From assembly GCA_963713975.1 (NCBI GenBank), contig OY970218.1, positions 2,848,001 through 2,912,000 of the forward strand: 64,000 nt of DNA, read 5' to 3'. Below are positions 38,035-46,557 of this stretch, in pieces (positions within the stretch are counted from its first letter, which is position 1; every line of letters begins with the position of its first letter). The stretch is from an uncultured Chloroflexia bacterium (GTDB lineage Bacteria > Chloroflexota > Limnocylindria > Limnocylindrales > CSP1-4). The position numbers were made by a program, and so were the translations under genes. The notes beneath the pieces were generated by a model, which ran no database searches, was not told where the DNA came from, and saw only the letters and a list, made by a program, of their open reading frames with translations.

Positions 38035-38069
38035 GTGGATCGGTCGCGAGTCCGGCGTATCCTCGTGGC

Positions 38070-38420
38070 ATGACCGTGGATCCCGACTCCCGTGCCCGGA
38101 CACACCTCGCGAACGAGCGGACGTTCCTCGCCTGGTTCCGAACGGGGATCACGTTCGTGGCGCTGGGGCTGGCCGCTGCGCAGTTCCTCGCCCGTGACGT
38201 GACGCCCGGCGTGCCGCTGGTGCGCGCAATCTCGACGGTAATGATCGGCAGCGGGGCAGTCCTCGTGGTCGTGGGGCTGTTCCGGTACCGCGAGGGCCGG
38301 CATCGGATCGAGGACGAGGTCTTCCACCCGGCGTCGGCCTCGATCGTGATCGCCGCCGCGGCCGCCCTCGTGATGGCGGTCCTGGGCGTCGCCTTCGTCT
38401 GGCTGCTCCACCCGGCCTGA
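38070..38420 (+). CDS. DUF202/YidH family membrane protein
   Basis: RTHLANERTFLAWFRTG signature, three TMs. Confidence 0.88.
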   Translation: MTVDPDSRARTHLANERTFLAWFRTGITFVALGLAAAQFLARDVTPGVPLVRAISTVMIGSGAVLVVVGLFRYREGRHRIEDEVFHPASASIVIAAAAALVMAVLGVAFVWLLHPA

Positions 38421-38468
38421 CGCACAGCGCGTCCTCGCCGGGGCGGGGGAGGGCTAGACTCTCTGGCG

Positions 38469-39755
38469 ATGCCGACCTTCCGCGCCCCCCGGGGCACCCG
38501 TGACCTCCTGCCGGACGAACGCGCCGCGTTCGACCGCCTGACCCGGATCGCAGCCGACCTGGCGGCCCGCTACGGCTACCGGGCCATCGAGACGCCGCTG
38601 TTCGAGCAGGCCGCCTTGTTCGAGCGAGGGATCGGCAGCGTGACCGATGTCGTGGAGAAGGAGCTGTTCCGGATCGCGCCGCGAACGGAGGAGTCCGAGT
38701 CGTGGGCGCTCCGGCCGGAGCCCACGGCCGGCATCGTCCGGGCGTATGTCCAGCACGGCATGCAGACGTGGCCCCAGCCGGTGAAGGTCACGACGACGGG
38801 GCCCATGTTCCGCTACGACCGGCCGCAGGCCGGTCGCTTCCGCCAGTTCTGGCAGTTCGACGTGGAGGCGATCGGGGACCCTGGTCCTGCGGTCGACGCG
38901 GAGATCATCGAGCTCGGCACGCGCTTCTACGCGGAGGCCGGCGTCTCGGGTGTGGAGGTGCTGGTCAACTCGATCGGAGACCCGGCCTGCCGTCCGGCGT
39001 ACCTGGCCGCGCTGGTGGACCACTACCGCGGCCACGCGGACGCGCTGCCGGCCACGGAGCGGGATCGCCTGGAGCGCAACGCCCTGCGCCTGCTGGACTC
39101 CAAGGACCCGGCGATGGCACCGATCAACGCCGCGGCACCGCGGATCACGGACCACCTGTGCGAGGCTTGCGCGGCGCATTTCGAGGCCGTCAAGGCCCAC
39201 CTGGACGCGCTCGGAGTCCCGTTCCGCGTGGAGCCCGGGCTGGTCCGCGGCCTCGACTACTACACGCGTACCGCATTCGAGTACTACGTGGCGGGTCGCG
39301 AGGGCCAGCAGCAGGCACTGGGTGGTGGCGGCCGCTACGACGGCCTCGTGGCGCTGCTGGGCGGCAAGCCCACGCCGGGTATCGGGTTCGGCCTCGGGCT
39401 GGACCGCGTGGCGCTCGTCCTGGCGGAGCAGGGAGGTCCCAGCGCGGCCGTCGAGGGTCCGCTGGCGGTCGTGGTGGGAGCGGATCCCGACGACACGATC
39501 GGCCGGCTGCGGATCACCACGGACCTGCGGGCGGCCGGGCTGCGCGTCCGTGCGGACCTGGCGCGCCGCAAGCTGGGCCGCCAGCTGGAGGCGGCCGGCA
39601 GGGATGGTGCGCACTTCGCCGTCATCCTCGGGGACGAGCTGGCGGCGGGGCAAGTGGGCCTGCGAGACCTGCTGGCAGGGACTCAGCGTCTGGTCGCCCT
39701 CGGCGATCTCGCGCGGGAGCTGGCCCGCGCCGAGGCCGGTCACAGGCACGGCTGA
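38469..39755 (+). CDS. hisS: Histidine--tRNA ligase
   Basis: PRGTRD, LRPEPTA, FRYDRPQAGRFRQF, LVRGLDYYT, GGGRYDGL. Confidence 0.96.
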   Translation: MPTFRAPRGTRDLLPDERAAFDRLTRIAADLAARYGYRAIETPLFEQAALFERGIGSVTDVVEKELFRIAPRTEESESWALRPEPTAGIVRAYVQHGMQTWPQPVKVTTTGPMFRYDRPQAGRFRQFWQFDVEAIGDPGPAVDAEIIELGTRFYAEAGVSGVEVLVNSIGDPACRPAYLAALVDHYRGHADALPATERDRLERNALRLLDSKDPAMAPINAAAPRITDHLCEACAAHFEAVKAHLDALGVPFRVEPGLVRGLDYYTRTAFEYYVAGREGQQQALGGGGRYDGLVALLGGKPTPGIGFGLGLDRVALVLAEQGGPSAAVEGPLAVVVGADPDDTIGRLRITTDLRAAGLRVRADLARRKLGRQLEAAGRDGAHFAVILGDELAAGQVGLRDLLAGTQRLVALGDLARELARAEAGHRHG

Positions 39756-39842
39756 CGCGGCTGCGGCTGGCGTTCACGGCCGGCAGGGCCTCGTGCCGTA
39801 CGATAGGGGGCCCGACCCACCGCAATCCGGAGACAGCGATCC

Positions 39843-41711
39843 GTGCCCGTCGACCACGCCCTGCTTGCCACCCCGTATCGGACCCATACCTGCGGCGAGC
39901 TCCGCGCTGAAGACGCCGGCTCGAATGCGAAGCTGGCAGGCTGGGTGCACCGCTGGCGTGACTACGGGAAGCTGATCTTCATCGACCTCCGCGACCGGCA
40001 CGGCATCACCCAGGTGGTGATCGACGCGGCGGATGCCCGAGAGGCGCACGAGATCGCGAGCCGCTGCCGCTCGGAGTTCGTCATCGCCATCGAGGGTGTC
40101 GTGGAGCGGCGCCAGGCGGGCAGCGAGAACGCCCGCCTGGAGACCGGCGCCATCGAGGTCCAGGTGCGCGGGATCACCATCCTCAACGAGTCGAAGACCC
40201 CGCCGTTCTACGTGAACGACCCGGACGCGCCCATCGACGAGAGCCTGCGGCTCAAGTACCGCTACCTCGACATCAGGCGCGAGGCGATGCAGCGCCGCCT
40301 GCTGCTCCGCAGCCGGCTCGTCCAGGCGATCCGCGAGGTCCATCACGCGAACGGGTTTGTCGAGGTCGAGACACCCAACCTGATCAAGAGCACGCCGGAG
40401 GGTGCGCGGGACTTCATCGTCCCGAGCCGCCTCCAGCCGGGCACGGTCTATGCCCTGCCGCAGAGCCCGCAGCAGCTCAAGCAGCTGCTCATGGTTGCCG
40501 GGATCGACCGCTACTTCCAGATCGCGCGCTGCTTCCGCGACGAGGACCTGCGCGGCGACCGCCAGCCGGAGTTCACCCAGCTGGACCTCGAGATGAGCTT
40601 TGTGGACGAGGCGGCCGTGATGGCCTTCATCGAGCACATGGTCATCGAGGTCACGCGGGCGACGGCTCCCGACCGGCCCATCCGCGAGATCCCGTTCCCG
40701 GTCTTCGAGTACGAGGACGCGATGGAGCGCTTCGGGTCGGACAAGCCGGACCTGCGGTTCGCCATGGAGCTGTACGACCTGGCGCCGGCCTTCACGGGCG
40801 CCGACGGCACGCCCGTCAGCGGCTTCCGGGTCTTCGACGAGACGATCGCGGGCGGTGGCCGGGTGAAGGGCATCACGGCCCCCGGGATGGCCGGCGCCAC
40901 GCGCCGCGAGATCGACGAGCTGACCGAGATGGCCAAGCGCTTTGGCGCCCGGGGTCTCGTGCACCTGGCCGTCCAGCCGGGCGGCGACCTCCACGGGCCG
41001 GTGGCAAAGTTCCTGGCGGCGGAGATGCAGGCCGCCGTCAAGGTCGCGGCCGGCGCGGGCGATGGCGACCTGGTGCTCGTGATCGCCGACACAGGCGAGA
41101 CCGCGAACGACGTCCTCGGCCGGTTGCGGGTTGAGCTCGGTGGACGCCTCGGCCTCGCCGACCCGGACGAGCTCGCCTACTGCTGGGTCAACCACTTCCC
41201 GATGTACCAGTGGGATGAGCCGTTCAGCCGCTGGGATGCGACCCACAACCCGTTCAGCGGCGTGGTTCCCGAGGACGAGGCGTTGCTCACGACGGTCTCG
41301 GGCAACCTCGACGACCGCTCGCCGGACGATCCCGCCGGCCGGGCCAAGGCGATGCAGTACGACGTCGCCCTCAACGGCTGGGAGCTGGGCGGCGGCTCGG
41401 TCCGCATCTGGAAGCCGGACCTGCTGGCACGCAGCTTCAACCTGCAGGGCTACACGCTCGAGCAGATGCGCGAGCGCTTCGGGGCGATCCTGGAGGCATT
41501 CGAGTACGGTGCCCCGCCCCATGGCGGGATCGCGCTGGGCGTGGACCGCTGGGCGGCGCTCCTCAGCTACCAGACGAACATCCGCGAGGTCATGGCGTTC
41601 CCCAAGACCCAGTCCGGCTCGGACCTGATGCTCGAAGCGCCATCGGCGCCGGACGATGGCCAGTACGCGGAGCTCGGGCTGAGCTTCGTGGGGGTTCCCG
41701 ACAGGAAGTAG
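39843..41711 (+). CDS. aspS: Aspartate--tRNA ligase
   Basis: RTHTCGELR, FIDLRD, LPQSPQ, RCFRDEDLR, EFTQLDLEMSF, PPHGGIALGVDR. Confidence 0.96.
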   Translation: MPVDHALLATPYRTHTCGELRAEDAGSNAKLAGWVHRWRDYGKLIFIDLRDRHGITQVVIDAADAREAHEIASRCRSEFVIAIEGVVERRQAGSENARLETGAIEVQVRGITILNESKTPPFYVNDPDAPIDESLRLKYRYLDIRREAMQRRLLLRSRLVQAIREVHHANGFVEVETPNLIKSTPEGARDFIVPSRLQPGTVYALPQSPQQLKQLLMVAGIDRYFQIARCFRDEDLRGDRQPEFTQLDLEMSFVDEAAVMAFIEHMVIEVTRATAPDRPIREIPFPVFEYEDAMERFGSDKPDLRFAMELYDLAPAFTGADGTPVSGFRVFDETIAGGGRVKGITAPGMAGATRREIDELTEMAKRFGARGLVHLAVQPGGDLHGPVAKFLAAEMQAAVKVAAGAGDGDLVLVIADTGETANDVLGRLRVELGGRLGLADPDELAYCWVNHFPMYQWDEPFSRWDATHNPFSGVVPEDEALLTTVSGNLDDRSPDDPAGRAKAMQYDVALNGWELGGGSVRIWKPDLLARSFNLQGYTLEQMRERFGAILEAFEYGAPPHGGIALGVDRWAALLSYQTNIREVMAFPKTQSGSDLMLEAPSAPDDGQYAELGLSFVGVPDRK

Positions 41712-41739
41712 CCGCGGCGAGGGTGGCAGCGGGCTCCCC

Positions 41740-42483
41740 TCAGGGCCCCGAGATCCCCTCGAGCATCGCGATCGTGGCCGCGGCCACCTGGGCCTGCTGG
41801 TCCTCGCGCGAGATGGTGGCCGGCGGATCGTTGGGCTGGCCTGCGTAGTAGCCCATCTGCTCGTGGTTGCCGCCCTCGATCGGGACGAACACGGTGTCCG
41901 GTGGCAGCTGTGCCCGGGCCTCCGGCCCGGACATGCGAGCGGCTCCCGCGTCCAGCGTCCCGTACGCCGAGACCACGGGCAGGGGCAGGGTCGAGAGGTC
42001 CGTGGCGGGGTACGACGCCCAGAACGCGAGCCCGGCAACGGTGTCGGGATGATCGGCGGTGTACTGGGCTGCCATCGACCCGCCGAGCGAGTGGCCGGCC
42101 AGCGCCCAGGTCGAGACCTCGGGATGGGCCTCGATGGCGGCGTCGGCCGCGGCGATGTCGAACACGGCGAGATTGAACGGCATGGGGGTGATGACCACCA
42201 GGTAGCCTGCCGCCGCGATCTGCCTGGCCAGCGGCCCGTAGGCCTCCGGCGGCACCTTCCCGCCGGGGTACACGACGAGCCCGGTGGAGTAGTCGCCGTC
42301 GGCGGGCGCCCATTCCAGTCGGCCGTCGTTCTCCGAGAAGGTCACCTCCGGTGTCGACGCCAGGGATGCGGTTGCCTCGGGCAGGAGCGGCTGGGGCTGC
42401 ACGTACCAGGCGAATGCCGCGACCAGGACGCCGACGAGGACCAGCAGGGCGATGCCGACGGTGCGGCGGCCGGGACGGCTCAT
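41740..42483 (-). CDS. Exported alpha/beta hydrolase (Abhydrolase_5-like)
   Basis: N-terminal TM, YPGGKV, GHSLGG, GTLD, IEGGNH. Confidence 0.85.
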   Translation of the reverse strand: MSRPGRRTVGIALLVLVGVLVAAFAWYVQPQPLLPEATASLASTPEVTFSENDGRLEWAPADGDYSTGLVVYPGGKVPPEAYGPLARQIAAAGYLVVITPMPFNLAVFDIAAADAAIEAHPEVSTWALAGHSLGGSMAAQYTADHPDTVAGLAFWASYPATDLSTLPLPVVSAYGTLDAGAARMSGPEARAQLPPDTVFVPIEGGNHEQMGYYAGQPNDPPATISREDQQAQVAAATIAMLEGISGP

Positions 42484-43160
42484 TCGTGGTCCTGCGGGCC
42501 CGGCACGGGAGCCTCGTCGGGCACGTCTGCGGCGGCCACGCCCCACTCGTGTGCATGAGCGTCGGCTGGCTCGGGCGGGCCGTCGTAGGGCGGCAGGTCT
42601 CGACGCGGCACCGAGACGTCGTGGGTCACGCCCGGGTCGCCGGTCTCCAGGAGGCGGCTGGGAACGCCTGCCTGCTCAAGGTCGGCGAACAGCTCGTCCG
42701 GCATCCGGCTCACGTCGAGCGCGCGAAACGCCTCGAGATGGGTCACCGGGAGCAGGGCCGGGAACCCCGCCTCCCCCCGGTAGGACGGGCGCACCACCGA
42801 CGCGCGGTCCTCGCCGTGAGCGGCGATCAGGGAGGTCACGGTCTCCGCATCGACCCAGGCGAGCCGTGCCGGCCAGACCATGGCGGCGTCGGTACCCGTC
42901 ACCAGGCGGATTGCTGCATTGATCCCGTTGACGATCTGCGCGACGGGTCCGCCCTCCACGGCGGCCGGGTCGACCAGCGTCACCTCCGTGTTTGCCAGGG
43001 CGGCGGCCACCCGGCCGTCGGGATCGAACGAGCAGGCCACGATCGGGGTCGCACCCCCGGACCAGGCCGCGTTGGCGATGCGGCGGATGCCGGGCGTCCC
43101 GTCGGCATCCGCCAGGGCGGAGGCGGGGGTGGCGGCAAGGATCACGGCGGCGACGGTCAT
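42480..43160 (-). CDS. MobA/MocA-like NTP-transferase-fold protein, degenerate
   Basis: VAAVILAA start, VRPSYRGEAGFPALL, GVTHDV; the GxSxR motif is absent; GAGGAG RBS. Confidence 0.65.
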   Translation of the reverse strand: MTVAAVILAATPASALADADGTPGIRRIANAAWSGGATPIVACSFDPDGRVAAALANTEVTLVDPAAVEGGPVAQIVNGINAAIRLVTGTDAAMVWPARLAWVDAETVTSLIAAHGEDRASVVRPSYRGEAGFPALLPVTHLEAFRALDVSRMPDELFADLEQAGVPSRLLETGDPGVTHDVSVPRRDLPPYDGPPEPADAHAHEWGVAAADVPDEAPVPGPQDHE

Positions 43161-43303
43161 GGCTTCTCCTCAGGCACGCCGGAGTGTAGCCGCCCCCGGA
43201 ACCTTTCCGGGTCGGGCGCGTTATTGTGCAGAGACAGGTCTGATACCGGCGACGTCATCCCACCCCTCCGAGGAGTCCAGAGCTGCGCGCTTCTGCCGAC
43301 CTG

Positions 43304-46300
43304 TTGCGGATCGTGCTCCGCAGGAGTCGGGCCGACTGGCCGGTCGTCCTGGCGTCGTGGCTCCTGCTCACGAGCGCTCTGGGGCTGCTCTCGGCGGGGA
43401 CGCTGTACACGGACGCGGTCACGCAGGCGGGTCTCTACCGTGAGCTGCGCGACGCCCCCGCCGCGGACCGGGCCATCGTGGCCCGGACCCAGGTGCTGCC
43501 GGACCGGCTCGAGACGGTGGATGCGGCGATCACCCCGGAGCTGGAACGCGTGCTCGGCCAGTCGGGCGGCGAACTGGTGCGGGTGCTGCGCTCCAGTCCG
43601 TTCGCGGACTCCGGCATTGATCCGGCGAAGGTGTCCGACCTCGCCCTGTTCGCGTCCTTCGAAGGGATCCGCGAGCATGCCCAGCTGGTCGACGGCCGCT
43701 GGCCGGACGCCGGGCAGACGCCGGTCGAGGTCACGGTCTCCGAACCGGCCGCCCGCGTCCTTGGCGTGGCGACGGGCGACCGCCTCTCGCTCACCGGTCG
43801 TCTCGACGGACGGCCTATCGAGGCACTGGTGACCGGCACCTGGCGCACCGACGCCGCGGATCCCTACTGGATCGGTGAGCCCCTGGCCCTGACCGGCTCC
43901 GAGACCGGCGGCTCGTTCACGCTCGTCGGGCCGCTCGTCGCCGAAGGCGCAGATCTCACCGGGCCGATCGCCGGGGCTCGCCCGCTCGACGCCCAGTGGC
44001 GCGCCATCCCGGCCCTTGATGGGTTCAGGCCGGAGACGCTCGATGCCGCCGCGGCCGAGGTGACCGGACTGGGCAGCACGATCAACGCCGCCCTTCCGCA
44101 ATCGAACCAGGCCACCGTCAGCACGAAGCTGCCGGCCATCCTTTCCGCGGTGGACCGCTCGGTGCTCGTGGCGCAGTCCGGGATCCTGTTGCTGCTCATC
44201 CAGTTCGCGGTGCTCGCCGGGTACGCGGTGATCCTCGTGGCCGCGCTCCTCGTGGACAGGCGGCGGGTGGAGACGGCCCTGCTTCAGGCCCGCGGTGCCG
44301 GGTTCGGCCATCTTGTCCGGATGGCCTTCGCGGAGGCGCTGCTGATCGTCGTCCCGGCGGTCGTCGCCGCGCCTTGGCTGGCGGCCCTGCTCGTCGTGGC
44401 CGTGCGCCTCAACCCGGCCCTCGACAGCGTCGGCCTTGGGACGCCGCTCCCCGGTCCCGCGACGTTCACGGTCTCGGGTCTTGCCGGCGTTCTCGCCCTC
44501 GTCGCCCTCACGCTGCCGACGCTGGCCACCGGCGTGAGCATCGCCGGCGTGCGGGCGGCCGTCAGCCGGCAGGTGGGCAGGACCCTGCCGCAACGTCTGG
44601 GCCTGGACCTCGTCCTCGTGGCCCTGGCTGCTATCGCACTGGTCCAGCTCCGCCTCTATGGGGCTCCGCTGACACGGAACACACGGGGGACGCTCGGCGT
44701 GGATCCGCTGCTCGTGGCCGCGCCGGCCATCGGCCTGCTGGCCGGAGCCGTCCTCGCGGTCCGGCTGGTGCCTCGACTCGCCGAGCTGGCCGAGCGCGTG
44801 CTGAGCCGGGGTCGTGGTCTGGTCTCTGCGCTCGGCGGGCGCCAGCTTGCCCGGCGACCGCTGCGCTATACCAGGGCGGCCCTGCTCCTCGTCATGGCGG
44901 CCGCCCTCGGGACGTTCTCGGCCGCCCATGCCGCCACGTGGACCCGCAGCCAGGCGGACCAGGCGGCCTTCGCATCCGGCGCGGACGTCCGCCTGGAACC
45001 CGGCGCGCGGGCGGCGCTGCCCGCCTGGGGTCTGGGCGAGGCGCTCCGGGCGATCCCGGGCGTCACGGTGGCCACGCCGGTCGTCGAGGCCTCGGTCAGC
45101 CTGGGCACCGCCCTTCGCGAGGGCACGCTGCTGGGCATCGACGGGCCGGCCATGGCGGACGTGGTCCGGCTGCGGGATGAGGACGCCACGGGGGCGACGC
45201 TTGACGCGCTGCGCTCCCTGGGCGACGGCCGCGCGTCCGGGCCCGGCATGACGCTTCCGGAGGGCACCCGTCGCCTGTCGGTCGTCGCCGACTCCCGGTT
45301 CGTGACACCGGAGGGGTTCGAGCCGCTGCCGGTCGGTTTCGAGGGCCTGACGGCCTCCGCCATCGTCCTTGACGGGGACGGCCGCGTGTCGCGGATCACG
45401 GCACCGCCGGCCGCCATTGACGTGGAAGGGTCGAGGGCCGAGATCCCGCTCACGCTGCCCGGCACGGCGGCGGCCCTGCGGGACCCCGTGCAGCTGCTTG
45501 GTGTGGACCTCGATCTCTCCGTCACCGGCGTTCCCAACGCGCTCGTCGCGGGTGACCTGACGGTCCGCTCGCTTGGCACGAGCCCGGACGATGCGGGCGA
45601 CGCATGGACGGAGACGCCGGTCACCGACATCGCCGGGGCGTCATGGACGCTCGACAGCGGTGGCGGGCCGATCCGGCTCGAGCCCGCGACACCGGGGCAC
45701 CTCGTCGTCGACAGCCTGAGCCCGTACCAGCGCCTCGTGTGGCGCCTGTCGACCGGCGCGGTCCCGGCTCCGGTCGTGGACGCCATCGTGAACCCGGCCT
45801 TCCTCGAGCGGTCAGGGGCGCAGGTGGGAGAGGAGCTCAAGGGCACCGTGTTCGGGCTGCCGGTCACGTTCCACCTCCGCTCGGCGATCGGTTCCTTCCC
45901 GTCCCAGCAGCCGTCCAAGCCGCTCCTCCTGGTGGATGGCGCCGCTCTCGACCTCGCCCGCTTCGCCGGTGGCGTGTCGCTGGCGCCAACCGGGGAGTGG
46001 TGGCTCGCCACGGAGCCCGGGACGTCGGCCGGGATCGCGGAGCTGGTCGGTGGTCCGCCGTACGCCGCCTCGTCGGTGGTGGACCGCTCGGCCGTGCAGG
46101 CCCGCCTGGCGGGCGATCCGCTGGCCCTCGGCGTTATCGGGATACTGGGCCTCGGGGCCGTCGCTGCGCTCGTGTTCGCGGCGATCGGCTACCTGGTCAC
46201 GACGACCGTCTCCACGCAGGAGCGCCTCGGGGAGTTCGCGCTCCTCAAGGCACTCGGGCTGGCACCGCGCCAGCTCCACGTGTGGCTCACGCTCGAGGGT

Positions 46301-46555
46301 GCCGCGCTCCTCAGCGTCGGCCTGCTGGCCGGGGTCGCGCTGGGCCTCGTCCTGGCCTGGCTGGCCCTCCCGTTCGCGACCCTCACGGCGTCGGGCGAGG
46401 CGCCGGTGCCGGCTCCGGTCGTGGTGGTGCCGCCCGGGGCGCTCGTGCCCACCGTCGCCCTCGGCCTGTTCCTCGTGGCTGCCACCGCGGTTCTGGTGCG
46501 CCGTCTCGTGCCGGCGGCGCGCACCAGCGCGGTCCTCCGCGCCCGGGACGAGTAG
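43304..46555 (+). CDS. FtsX-like ABC transporter permease 1
   Basis: Large extracytoplasmic domains, ETALLQARGA and EFALLKALGL FtsX motifs, GADVRL; true start may be CTG 43283. Confidence 0.85.
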   Translation: MRIVLRRSRADWPVVLASWLLLTSALGLLSAGTLYTDAVTQAGLYRELRDAPAADRAIVARTQVLPDRLETVDAAITPELERVLGQSGGELVRVLRSSPFADSGIDPAKVSDLALFASFEGIREHAQLVDGRWPDAGQTPVEVTVSEPAARVLGVATGDRLSLTGRLDGRPIEALVTGTWRTDAADPYWIGEPLALTGSETGGSFTLVGPLVAEGADLTGPIAGARPLDAQWRAIPALDGFRPETLDAAAAEVTGLGSTINAALPQSNQATVSTKLPAILSAVDRSVLVAQSGILLLLIQFAVLAGYAVILVAALLVDRRRVETALLQARGAGFGHLVRMAFAEALLIVVPAVVAAPWLAALLVVAVRLNPALDSVGLGTPLPGPATFTVSGLAGVLALVALTLPTLATGVSIAGVRAAVSRQVGRTLPQRLGLDLVLVALAAIALVQLRLYGAPLTRNTRGTLGVDPLLVAAPAIGLLAGAVLAVRLVPRLAELAERVLSRGRGLVSALGGRQLARRPLRYTRAALLLVMAAALGTFSAAHAATWTRSQADQAAFASGADVRLEPGARAALPAWGLGEALRAIPGVTVATPVVEASVSLGTALREGTLLGIDGPAMADVVRLRDEDATGATLDALRSLGDGRASGPGMTLPEGTRRLSVVADSRFVTPEGFEPLPVGFEGLTASAIVLDGDGRVSRITAPPAAIDVEGSRAEIPLTLPGTAAALRDPVQLLGVDLDLSVTGVPNALVAGDLTVRSLGTSPDDAGDAWTETPVTDIAGASWTLDSGGGPIRLEPATPGHLVVDSLSPYQRLVWRLSTGAVPAPVVDAIVNPAFLERSGAQVGEELKGTVFGLPVTFHLRSAIGSFPSQQPSKPLLLVDGAALDLARFAGGVSLAPTGEWWLATEPGTSAGIAELVGGPPYAASSVVDRSAVQARLAGDPLALGVIGILGLGAVAALVFAAIGYLVTTTVSTQERLGEFALLKALGLAPRQLHVWLTLEGAALLSVGLLAGVALGLVLAWLALPFATLTASGEAPVPAPVVVVPPGALVPTVALGLFLVAATAVLVRRLVPAARTSAVLRARDE

Positions 46556-46557
46556 CC

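Noticed and set aside
39756-39842. T-box riboswitches ahead of hisS, aspS, alaS or trpB2
   Set aside because: Leaders are too short or absent, and no GGTGGNACCGCG T-box motif is seen
45604-46557. N-terminal 318 aa of the 1577-aa ORF
   Set aside because: Overlaps permease 1 in another frame and is Arg/Pro-rich junk; the true start is ATG 46558
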